From Candidatus Bathyarchaeota archaeon (GTDB lineage Archaea > Thermoproteota > Bathyarchaeia > Bathyarchaeales > Bathyarchaeaceae): a DNA stretch of 46,371 bases. Location of the stretch: the NCBI GenBank assembly GCA_963697165.1, contig CAVOMX010000015.1, positions 1 to 46,371 on the forward strand, written 5' to 3'. The position numbers and the translations under genes are program-made. The notes beneath the pieces are model-generated. The model was not told the DNA's origin and made no database searches. It worked only from the letters and a program-made list of their open reading frames with translations. The number at the start of each line of letters is the position of its first letter. Position 1 is the first letter of the stretch. Shown one piece after another: positions 9,287 to 18,243 of this stretch.

Positions 9287-10522
9287 TTAGCGGCAATGAA
9301 CAATTGTTATCTTAAGATTTGTGAGCTCGGCTGTAATGTCGAATATATGTCCCAAGTCGTTTTCGTCGTATCCCCAAGTGTAGTGAGCAACTATCTGTTC
9401 ATCATCATATGTTATGCTATCTAATCGATGAAGCTTTCCTTCCAGGGTTCGAACGAAAGCTGTCTCGGCAATATTTTTTGCTTCATCTTCAGTTAAGCCA
9501 TTTTCCAAGTCCACTTGTATAGTTAGTTCTGGGGCTTCATTTCCGTTAAGAATTACTTCGAAGGTTGTTGAAGGAGTGGAGGCTTCCGCTTTAGTAATGG
9601 TTAATGTTTGTGTCCAAATGACTGGTGCGAAGGTCAGAATTTGTGTGTAGTTGGGGTTTCCTTTCTCGTCAAAGTTTAGGATGTACTGGGCAATAGGGAC
9701 TTCAATATTGTATTGTCCGGACGTAAGTTTGCCGATGGGCACTAACACAATCGGATTAGTAAGGGCCTCAGTGACTATTACGCCTTCTCCGGGATCAGTG
9801 AAATTGAGTTGGAAAAGAAACTTTACTGGATAGGATTCTAGCCAAGCGAAGTTTTCAATTTGGATGTCGTAGCCTCCTGTTGGTTTGTCTCCGCGGGAAA
9901 GAAGGATGCTTATGAAATCTTGTTCTGTAGCTTGGGAGGTTTCGGTTTTAAGGAGCATCTTCCAGTAATCGTTTGCATTTTCGAATTCTCCAGAAAGCGT
10001 TCGAGGGTCCTGACTTGTTGCCAAGACATGTATTCCTTCGCTGAACAGGTTGACTCCCCCATAATAATCGTATACGTAATTGAGGTCTGTTGGGGTGCTT
10101 CCATTTGGAGTGGGAGCTCCAACCGTTGCGTTTGCACTTGCCGATCCTGCTGATGCTTCAACTATTACTTGGATTTCATCATTTTCTTCGAACTTTCCGG
10201 TATCAACACTCCACTGTTTGGTTTCGTTTTTGAGGATGGTTGGGTCCTCTTGGCTTCCATCTGACCATTCATACCTTTTGCCATTTACAATGACTGCCTC
10301 TATGACTTCTGGTTCGTTCTCGTTTATTGTTACATCAAAAGAAACTTGTCCATCCGGTAAAGCTGACAGGTTGTTAACTATTAATTGATTATTTGGATTA
10401 GGTGGGACAATAGAAGGGTCAGGTTGGGATGGCTCAGCTAAAGATTCAAAATATAAAATACTTCCCACTACTGATGCGATTAAAATTATCGAAACTGCAG
10501 ACATCCAAATTCTACTTTTCAT
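9287..10522 (-). CDS. Membrane-anchored protein with a PrcB C-terminal domain
   Basis: N-terminal TM helix; ISILLSRGDKPTGGYDIQIE...PGEGVIVTEALTNPIVLV is the PrcB_C signature. Confidence 0.8.
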   Translation of the reverse strand: MKSRIWMSAVSIILIASVVGSILYFESLAEPSQPDPSIVPPNPNNQLIVNNLSALPDGQVSFDVTINENEPEVIEAVIVNGKRYEWSDGSQEDPTILKNETKQWSVDTGKFEENDEIQVIVEASAGSASANATVGAPTPNGSTPTDLNYVYDYYGGVNLFSEGIHVLATSQDPRTLSGEFENANDYWKMLLKTETSQATEQDFISILLSRGDKPTGGYDIQIENFAWLESYPVKFLFQLNFTDPGEGVIVTEALTNPIVLVPIGKLTSGQYNIEVPIAQYILNFDEKGNPNYTQILTFAPVIWTQTLTITKAEASTPSTTFEVILNGNEAPELTIQVDLENGLTEDEAKNIAETAFVRTLEGKLHRLDSITYDDEQIVAHYTWGYDENDLGHIFDITAELTNLKITIVHCR

Positions 10523-10573
10523 TATCTTTGCCACCTTATGTCTTAGTGTAATATGAATATAAAATCCCAATTG

Positions 10574-10592
10574 TTAGAACATCGTGTACTAA
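10574..10592. promoter_or_regulatory. Palindromic site TTAGAAC-N5-GTACTAA
   Basis: Near-perfect inverted repeat; related sites at 10699-10717 and 14482-14531. Confidence 0.6.
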
Positions 10593-10698
10593 TTTAAGAA
10601 CAGTAATGCGTGCATCACATTTTGTCTATTATCATCATAGTCTATTGTTGAAATTAATTTTGAGCGGGTTTGTGAAGAAGATTGTATGTGTTCGGAAT

Positions 10699-10717
10699 TT
10701 GGTACATGATGTTCTAA
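10699..10717. promoter_or_regulatory. Palindromic site TTGGTAC-N5-GTTCTAA
   Basis: Same consensus as 10574-10592; upstream of the 10834 gene. Confidence 0.55.
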
Positions 10718-10833
10718 AACGTGGAATTTTATATTTCTTGGCTCTAGTTTATGGTGGGTGGCAGCGGATAAATGAAAAATTGTACTTGGATGTCTGTTGT
10801 TGCTTTTTTCATGAATGTTAGGGAGGATGTGAA

Positions 10834-11064
10834 GTGAAGCAGTTGTTGGTGTATGATTTGGATTTGATTAAACTTGAGGGAAAAGGTGATTTTGTGTGTC
10901 CTTGTTGTGGGATATTGATTTCTCCGGATGATGAGACAGAGGAGGTTTACTCTGTTTTGGAAGCTAAGGTTAGAGACAACGTTTTAGAGAATCTGATGAT
11001 TCGCTGCAATAGATGTGGAAGCAAAATAGTGCTAACCGGCTTTTCTATGATGGGAACAGAATAA
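10834..11064 (+). CDS. Small zinc-ribbon protein
   Basis: CPCCG and CNRCG motifs; GGGAGG SD. Confidence 0.8.
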   Translation: MKQLLVYDLDLIKLEGKGDFVCPCCGILISPDDETEEVYSVLEAKVRDNVLENLMIRCNRCGSKIVLTGFSMMGTE

Positions 11065-11148
11065 TTTACGAATGCGCACGCAGGAGGTCCTCTACAACAC
11101 TTTGTACGTGGAATAAGTCTAACGTTTAACTGCCAATTACCTTAGAAA

Positions 11149-11778
11149 CTAGGTGCTTGATTGCGATTCTTTTCGTTTTTTGTTCCACGCACAAGTGTAA
11201 TCCCGGCAGTTTTCCAATTTTTCGTCATCGTGTAACAAAAAGAATATCTGTTCAATTAATTTTCTGACCGGTTTTTCAGGATACGTAGTTTCCAGCAAAT
11301 CAATTAGGCTATCATGAATATGCTCTAACTCGTAGTCTTCCATTAGTTTGTTCAGTACTTTTCGGGGATCTTCTTCTTGTTTTATGGCATCAAATGTTTC
11401 TAAGACGGGCTCAAATGTTGGGCGAACAAATTGTTTATGATAAGCCTTATCGGTCCATATCATGCCAAAATAGCCCATAAAACCCTCATGATAAAAGTTT
11501 TTTCTTAAACAGACAGTAGTAAGTCTGTCATCTAGGGTGCCGTCTTTGTTTTCAAATAGAAATTCTATATCTTCTTCTGAAAACTTTGTCGATTCATGAA
11601 TATCGAACTTTTGTGGCCAAGGCTCGCTAAAAAAATATTCAGAGTAATGATCAATCAATCTCATAAAATAATTGAACCAATTAGCTGCAGGCTTACCCGA
11701 TAGTTTACTGTACATTTCACAGGCAGCCAAGAATGGTTCTACAGAAGCTTTAGGAATCTTTCGTTTCTTTTTAACCAA
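11149..11778 (-). CDS. Hypothetical protein
   Basis: About 209 aa from a TTG start 2 nt after the upstream gene's stop. Confidence 0.65.
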   Translation of the reverse strand: MVKKKRKIPKASVEPFLAACEMYSKLSGKPAANWFNYFMRLIDHYSEYFFSEPWPQKFDIHESTKFSEEDIEFLFENKDGTLDDRLTTVCLRKNFYHEGFMGYFGMIWTDKAYHKQFVRPTFEPVLETFDAIKQEEDPRKVLNKLMEDYELEHIHDSLIDLLETTYPEKPVRKLIEQIFFLLHDDEKLENCRDYTCAWNKKRKESQSST

Positions 11779-11780
11779 AT

Positions 11781-12306
11781 CTATCTTTCCTTGAAAGCAG
11801 TTAAACGCAATTTTTTGTATTCCTGTCTCCAATTTGACAAAATCATTCTCCTGGGACTTGAGACAGCTCGTCGTTTTCGAGTTCTACTGACTTCGCCTTT
11901 TTCTTTTGCAAACTTTTTTATTAACTCATCAATGCTCACGAGTAGGTTGTCTTGTTTTTCTAGTTGCATTCGTTTAGATCTTGTAATGGCTAGATCATTC
12001 ATCAATGCCCGGAGGGTATTGTCTAGGCGACTTATGTAGCCGCCCCATAACATGGACTTTTCTCCTACACCTACAAACGATTCATATGTTTCAGCTCGGG
12101 CAATGCGAATCAAGTACATTGGCTACTCTTTCTACCAAAATTTGGTCGGCAACACTTTCTAGCTCAAACTCATCAATCAATTGATTAGCTAGTTTTCTAA
12201 ATGCCTTCTTTTCTCTAGTTACATTCGCCTTTTGGTCGGAAATATTTGCATTCGCCATTTTGGATGCATCGGTCACAGAGCATGAATCCGACATAAAAGA
12301 ATCCAT
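11781..12306 (-). CDS. Hypothetical helical protein, with an indel near 12120
   Basis: ORFs 12091..12306 and 11781..12119 join as ...DQILVERVA/MYLIRIARAE... Confidence 0.65.
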
Positions 12307-12341
12307 GTTTTAGGGCACTCAAAGTAAAACCTGCTGTAGCT

Positions 12342-12476
12342 TTAACTTTTTTTGTGAATGACTTCTAGGAGATCCAAGCGCACATAGTCGCCTGCATTAA
12401 CTTTTTGTAGTTCCCTTAAACGCTTAGGAATCGTAATTTTGCCGTTTTGTAAAACTCGAGCAACAAATCTCTCCAT
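12342..12476 (-). CDS. AbrB/MazE/SpoVT-family DNA-binding protein
   Basis: MERFVARVLQNGKITIPKRLRELQKVNAGDYVRL. Confidence 0.85.
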   Translation of the reverse strand: MERFVARVLQNGKITIPKRLRELQKVNAGDYVRLDLLEVIHKKS

Positions 12477-12735
12477 ACCAAAACACAACCAATAATTGAA
12501 TTCACGACTAACTAAACCAATGACAGAATATCTAAAATCATTCAAACAGGAAATAAATCGAATGGTTAATAGACTATCTACAAAGTAGAGAGAAGAGTGA
12601 AACTAAAGATTAAAAAATATGATTGCGCGGGGATCTTAGCCAAAAGGATTGGTAATGATCCTTTCGGGTAATTAATATTTAATCAGCAGGAAGATTACTT
12701 TAGATTTATGAGCGCAAGTTCATTTGCAGCTTGAA

Positions 12736-13168
12736 CTATTTGAGAAGACAATTTACCATTTGATCGCATCCCATACATTCTTCTGGGATTTCTACAGATT
12801 CTGGGCGCTTATGCAAATATCCCAGCTGAAACTTGCATCCGGATGGAGCCTCTGATTCTTGAGGGTTCTGTTTTTTCTTATCTTTATTATGATTGGTTCT
12901 GGGTTTTTTTTGAATTCTCTGTTTGGAGATTTTGTTCTATTGTAAGTTTCGAATTCTTGAAGATACTGATTTTTCCTAGCTGAGTGCCAATAATGAGTAA
13001 TGCAATAGACATCACTAATGCGATATAATTTATTGGTGTTGCTTGCATTAGTATCTTATTCCAGGTGAGAGCTTCGTAGGATATCCAATATAGAAACCAT
13101 ATTGTAGAAATGATGGAAACGGCAAACCATAACGTCTTTATTAGGGGTAGAGTTTTTTGATAATTCAT
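12736..13168 (-). CDS. 2-TM protein with a C-terminal four-Cys module, indel near the A-run at about 12905
   Basis: After the frame change it reads GCKFQLGYLHKRPESVEIPEECMGCDQMVNCLLK-stop. Confidence 0.7.
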
Positions 13169-13188
13169 TATTCTCTACCTCAGTTGAA

Positions 13189-13461
13189 TTATTTTGCTTT
13201 TTCGCAAGCTTGTAATGTTTTTGAGAGCTCGTCACAGTCAAGCTTTAGGTCTGTGATTTCGGTTCTGAGTTTTTGTATGTTGCTTTTTTTGCTTTCGATT
13301 TCTTTTTGGACCTTTAGTTTTAGTTTTTCCTTCAAGGATGCTAATTTTTTCTTTTCTTGTGTCAGAGTTTCTTCTGCACGTGTTAGGTTCTGTAAAACTA
13401 CGTTTGGTTCTTCTTCTATAGTTTCATTTTTTAACATGACTTGTTCCTGAGCAGCAACCAC
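13189..13461 (-). CDS. Coiled-coil protein
   Basis: Heptad-rich 90-aa ORF, 20 nt upstream of 13168; GAAGAGG SD. Confidence 0.7.
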   Translation of the reverse strand: MVAAQEQVMLKNETIEEEPNVVLQNLTRAEETLTQEKKKLASLKEKLKLKVQKEIESKKSNIQKLRTEITDLKLDCDELSKTLQACEKAK

Positions 13462-13579
13462 TTTATTTTCCTCTTCAAGACTACCTTTTTTGATGCAGGA
13501 TAAAGTGTATCGAGTATAGTCTAGAAAAGTATTGTGAATGGCTAATTATGACTTGAACTCTGGTTACAAACAATATATT

Positions 13580-13601
13580 TATTGTATCGTAATATTCAAT
13601 A
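13580..13601. promoter_or_regulatory. Operator-like palindrome TATTGTAT-N6-ATTCAATA
   Basis: Third copy of the 765/3291 motif. Confidence 0.45.
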
Positions 13602-13806
13602 ATTAGTTTTTAATCAAAAACCAAGAAAATTCCATATAGCACCGAACAAACATACAAGAAACTCCTTTCTAGAACAAAATAGTAAAGAGAGAAATTAGAT
13701 TAAGAGAATTTTATGCGAGTCCACTAGACCCGATTTATTCAATTAACATAATATTCTATGCGCGAATTGGAAAAAAAGGAATGATGGTGAATATTGGTTA
13801 TTCTGT

Positions 13807-14430
13807 TTATTTTGTAACCTTCTTGTGACGTCGGGCAACTAAGACTACTGCGCCAATAGCAATTGCACCTACCAGAACCGCTACTCCCAAGACAGTTACG
13901 GTGTTGTCGGGTTGGGCTAGAGGAGCAATAAGTTCTTGATTATTCTCCATTTGGCTGTCATCTGGGGATAGAGGAGCAATTAGTTGTTGGTTATCCTCTG
14001 TTTGATCTTCAGCGGTGTAAATAGTTGAATTGTCGTCAGGTGTAACTGTCTTGATTTCTTCATCTCTGGTTATTGTTGAATTCTCAGAAATAGTTTCTTC
14101 GTCTCTATTTTCAGTGGCAACTAATGTAGGGTTTTCGTCCGAGGCAACAACTGTATTGTCAGTTGTGACTGTCTTGATGTCTTCATCTCTGGCTATAATT
14201 GAATCCTCTAGTGGAGTCATTTCGCCTTTATCTTCAGTAGCAATTAAAATCGGGTTGTCATCGGAGGTAACTGCAGTATCGGCTGGTAATGTTTCAATGG
14301 GAGTTGATCGCGGGATGGTTTCAGAACTTGCTAGTACCAAGTTTGCAGTTGCTGGAAACACGACAGAAATTAATAGAGTGCAGATTAATAGTCTGCTTAG
14401 GTTTAGTTTAGTTGAAAATTTTTTTTGCAA
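13807..14430 (-). CDS. Acidic Thr/Asp/Glu-rich surface protein with a C-terminal TM anchor
   Basis: Signal peptide, two internal repeats of about 40 aa, TM helix followed by RRHKK; GGTGA SD. Confidence 0.8.
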   Translation of the reverse strand: MQKKFSTKLNLSRLLICTLLISVVFPATANLVLASSETIPRSTPIETLPADTAVTSDDNPILIATEDKGEMTPLEDSIIARDEDIKTVTTDNTVVASDENPTLVATENRDEETISENSTITRDEEIKTVTPDDNSTIYTAEDQTEDNQQLIAPLSPDDSQMENNQELIAPLAQPDNTVTVLGVAVLVGAIAIGAVVLVARRHKKVTK

Positions 14431-14481
14431 CTTTTTTTCACCGACAATTCCTGAGTCGGCAATATCCTATTATGCCATGCT

Positions 14482-14531
14482 TTAGAACACAGTGTCTATT
14501 TTGTAGATCAAGATGTTCTAATTATTAGAAC
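14482..14531. promoter_or_regulatory. Tandem TTAGAAC-N5-GTTCTAA-type sites
   Basis: Sites start at 14482, 14503 (GTAGATC-AAGAT-GTTCTAA) and 14525, spaced 21-22 bp, upstream of 14430. Confidence 0.55.
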
Positions 14532-14712
14532 AACACAAAACCTTCTTTACTATTCGAAATCAATATTCTGGACTCGGCATTTATTTTATGGTGTAATGTT
14601 TATGTGAAATTTTTCTCTTTTTTATTCGACCGTCCAGAAACCTTCAAGGCTACGAAGAGGCTAAATGAAGTGTATGGAGTTATACTCGCCATGGAAGTTT
14701 TAAGGACGTTTC

Positions 14713-14850
14713 TTAGAATTCAGCAAGAGTCTGAAGGAGGGGTTTTGAGTGTTTATCGTTTATTTTTTTCTGCACTTTTTTCCAGGCTTTGACCCATTTC
14801 TTGTTTGTTTCATCCTTAATTTGTAGGATGTCTTGGTCTATGATTTCCAT
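14713..14850 (-). CDS. Possible 45-aa small protein
   Basis: MEIIDQDILQIKDETNKKWVKAWKKVQKKINDKHSKPLLQTLAEF; TATA-like TTTTATATA upstream. Confidence 0.45.
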   Translation of the reverse strand: MEIIDQDILQIKDETNKKWVKAWKKVQKKINDKHSKPLLQTLAEF

Positions 14851-15096
14851 AGTTTTCTCTTTATAGCATGATATATATAAAATCTTATGACACAAAAATC
14901 AATATTTCAGATAAATGGAATTTTAGACTTTTTTTAGGAAATGGACTTGGTTTTAGTTGTTCGCTTTTTCTTTATTGTCATATGCGCGGGCACTTTGTTT
15001 GAGTTGGAAGCACACAGTTTAACATTATTAACCAAAATACACCTAAAAAGTCGGTCTGCATAATACATATAATTACTTTCTAGCGTTTGGATTCTC

Positions 15097-15546
15097 ATGG
15101 ATAAGTCATCAAGTTTAGCTAAAATTTCGGCTAAGAGCGGATTCAACCTATTCTGGGGAGTGGCAATCTCCTCAATAATCTCATCCTTAGGAATAATCAT
15201 AATCGCCCGATTACTCTCTCCAGAAGACTATGGAATATACTCAATTGCCTTAATAGCGCCAACCCTAATCCAAATATTCAGAGACCTAGGAATAGACCAA
15301 TCCACCATAAGATATACGGCAAAATACGAAGAAGAAAACCAAAGAATCATGATTCAACCAATCTGGACACTTCTCCCAACAGAAGAAGAACCAAAAACAC
15401 CCAAAAACATCATAGCCAATTTCGTAATCCCCCCCCACGAATGCATCGACATCCAATCTACGCACATCAGCAACATAAGCAACGTCGAAATAGAGCTAAC
15501 ATTACGCCTCGACAACAAAATCAAAGAGATAGCCATAGACGTATAA
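15097..15546 (+). pseudogene. Truncated oligosaccharide flippase N-terminus fused to an unrelated tail
   Basis: First 82 or so aa are clearly paralogous to 25673 (LAKISAKSGFNLFWG, FRDLGIDQ), then about 65 aa of soluble sequence. Confidence 0.65.
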
Positions 15547-15548
15547 AA

Positions 15549-15881
15549 TCAAGGTTCCTCAGAATAAAGGAGCTCATCTGCCTTCCTAAGAACATCTAAC
15601 AAAGTTTTACCCCGCTCAGTAATCTTGTATTTTTCATGTCCATCTGAATCAAGCATCATCTCGATGAACCCCTTCCTAAACAAATCATAAAAATACTTAT
15701 TGAAACGCTCAAAATTCAAGTTTGACCTATACATTATCCTCATCTTATTACAAGGCGCTAATGTTACCTCTAAAATCTCGATAGTAATCTCTGGCCAACT
15801 ACGCCTCTCCCTAATAGCAGCCACCGCCCACTTCTTCGGTGACGTCAAATAACACCCGTAACATCCCCCAGAAAACAGCAT
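15549..15881 (-). CDS. Winged-helix transcriptional regulator (archaeal HTH_45-like)
   Basis: RRSWPEITIEIL, KMRIMYRSNLN and YKITERGK motifs. Confidence 0.85.
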   Translation of the reverse strand: MLFSGGCYGCYLTSPKKWAVAAIRERRSWPEITIEILEVTLAPCNKMRIMYRSNLNFERFNKYFYDLFRKGFIEMMLDSDGHEKYKITERGKTLLDVLRKADELLYSEEP

Positions 15882-16049
15882 AATATCTAGAAATATATCA
15901 CAATAAAAGGATTATTCCCACAGAACACCCAAAGAAACACCTTGAAGCAAAAAACACATAAAACCTAACATACACACACGATTTGTTCATAGCTTCTGAA
16001 AACGTTAAATTACTTGTAAATAAAACAGAATACAGAATAAGGTGTTTTA

Positions 16050-18088
16050 TTGAGGAGTCTTAAAAACCGACTAAACCGACTACTAAAAAGCGACTCATAC
16101 CTCAAACCATTTTCCGATCAAATTAGACACCGACTAGAGCTAATCGAAGAGACAGAACAACATCTAACACAAGATCAAAATGAGCCTTGCAGACTTTGCG
16201 TCCGGCCACGAATACTTTGGACTACATTTCCACAAAAACGAATGGATATTTCGTGAATGGGCACCAAACGCAACAGCAATTTACCTAATCGGAGACATGA
16301 CTAACTGGCAAATACGCACGGAATTTGCACTAGAAAAAATCAGCAACGATGGCGTCTGGGAAATTCACCTCACCGCCGATAAACTGACACATGGGAATCT
16401 TTATCGACTCCATATTCATTGGCCTGGAGGCGAAGGCGATCGCATTCCAGCCTATACTAGACGGGTAGTTCAAGATCCAAAAACTCAGATTTTCAATGCC
16501 CAAGTATGGCAACCGCAAGAAATGTATCACTGGAAAAAACCAAATTTCAAACGACCAAAAGAAAAACCCTTCATCTATGAAGCGCATGTCGGCATGGCAC
16601 AGGAAGAAGAAAAAATCGGATCCTTCCAAGAATTTACCAAAAAAGTGCTTCCGCGAATCGTCGACGCAGGTTACAACACCTTACAGTTGATGGCCATTCA
16701 AGAACATCCCTATTACGGATCCTTCGGATATCAAATATCAAGCTTTTTCGCCCCTTCATCACGGTACGGAACTCCAGAAGATTTAAAAAACCTAATCGAC
16801 ACGGCCCACACCGAAGGCCTCAGCGTATTCATGGATCTGATCCATTCACACTCCGTATCCAACGAAGTGGAGGGATTGAGTCGCTTCGATGGGACACTAT
16901 TTCAATATTTTCATGAAGGCTTACGTGGAATACACAAGGCATGGGATTCACGATGTTTCGATTACAGTAAACATCAGGTTCTACATTTCTTGCTCTCAAA
17001 TTGTCGATACTGGCTAGACGAATTCAGATTTGACGGATTTCGATTTGACGGCGTCACCAGCATGATTTATCTACAACACGGTCTCGCAAGAAACTTCATT
17101 TCATACAATGACTACTTCGACGACAGCGTAGACGAAAATGCCCTAACCTATCTGGCGCTGGCCAACCGAGTAATTCATGATATCCGACCTGACGCCGTTA
17201 CCATAGCCGAAGACGTCAGCGGCATGCCAGGCTTAGCCGTTCCCCAATCAGATGGCGGATTTGGCTTTGATTATCGTTTTGCAATGGGCGTGCCAGATTA
17301 CTGGATCCGTCTGATAAAAGATTACGAAGATAAAGACTGGCCAATCGGCCATCTCTGGTTCGAACTTACCAACCGAAGAAAAGATGAAAAAACCATCAGC
17401 TACGCCGAATCCCACGACCAAGCATTAGTTGGTGACCAATCAATAATTTTTCGACTAATCGGTGAAGACCATGTACAATCATATGGGAATTGATGACGAC
17501 AACTCAAAGGTCGCCCGAGGAATAGCGCTGCACAAGATGATCCGCTTGATCACCTTGACCACTGCCGGCCATGGCTACCTTAACTTTATGGGAAATGAAT
17601 TCGGCCACCCAGATTGGATCGATTTTCCCCGCGAAGGAAACAACTGGTCATATAAGCATGCCAGACGACAATGGCACCTCACAGACGATGTAAGCCTAAA
17701 ATATAAATTGCTGGCCCAATTTGACCACGACATGATCGCATTAGCCAGGACACACCGCCTCTTTGACTCACCTAACTCACAACTCTTGCATGAAGATTCC
17801 ACAAACAAAGTAATCATCTTCAAAAGAGCCGACCTAATCTTTATCTTCAATTTTAATCCCATTAATTCCTTTACTGATTACCGATTTGAAGCTCCTCCAG
17901 GAAAATACCAGATGATCCTAGACTGTGATGCACCAGAATACGGGGGACACGGTCGATTGCTACCCAAGCAGACCCACTTCACTATTGTAGGCGGTTCCAA
18001 AACACAAAGACAACACCTGCTCAGCCTATATCTGCCCGCCCGCTCAGCTTTTGTCATATGTCCAGCAACAGAAGACTCGCAACCATGA
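16050..18088 (+). CDS. glgB: 1,4-alpha-glucan branching enzyme, GH13_8 type, with indels near 16180 and 17465
   Basis: FREWAPNA, YEAHVGMA, DLIHSH, FRFDGVTSM, AEDVSGMP, YAESHDQALVGD and YLNFMGNEFGHPDWIDFPR motifs. Confidence 0.92.
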
Positions 18089-18243
18089 ACCTTCCCAAAA
18101 CAAAGAAAAAGAAGAATAGCAAAAACCGAGGCTACCTACAACCCCCCGCACGGAACGAATAATATTGTAGAGCCAAAGCCTCTACATTCTCGCAAGAAGA
18201 GAAACTGACAAACATTCCAACCTAACAATGCACCCATGAATTA

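Noticed and set aside
7000..9290. CRISPR array or intact casposon near the cas1 remnant
   Set aside because: No regularly spaced repeats, other cas genes, polB or terminal inverted repeats were visible.
10574..14531. LexA/SOS (Cheo) boxes regulating the photolyase
   Set aside because: The spacer is 5 nt rather than 4, and no site was seen upstream of the photolyase operon or nucS.
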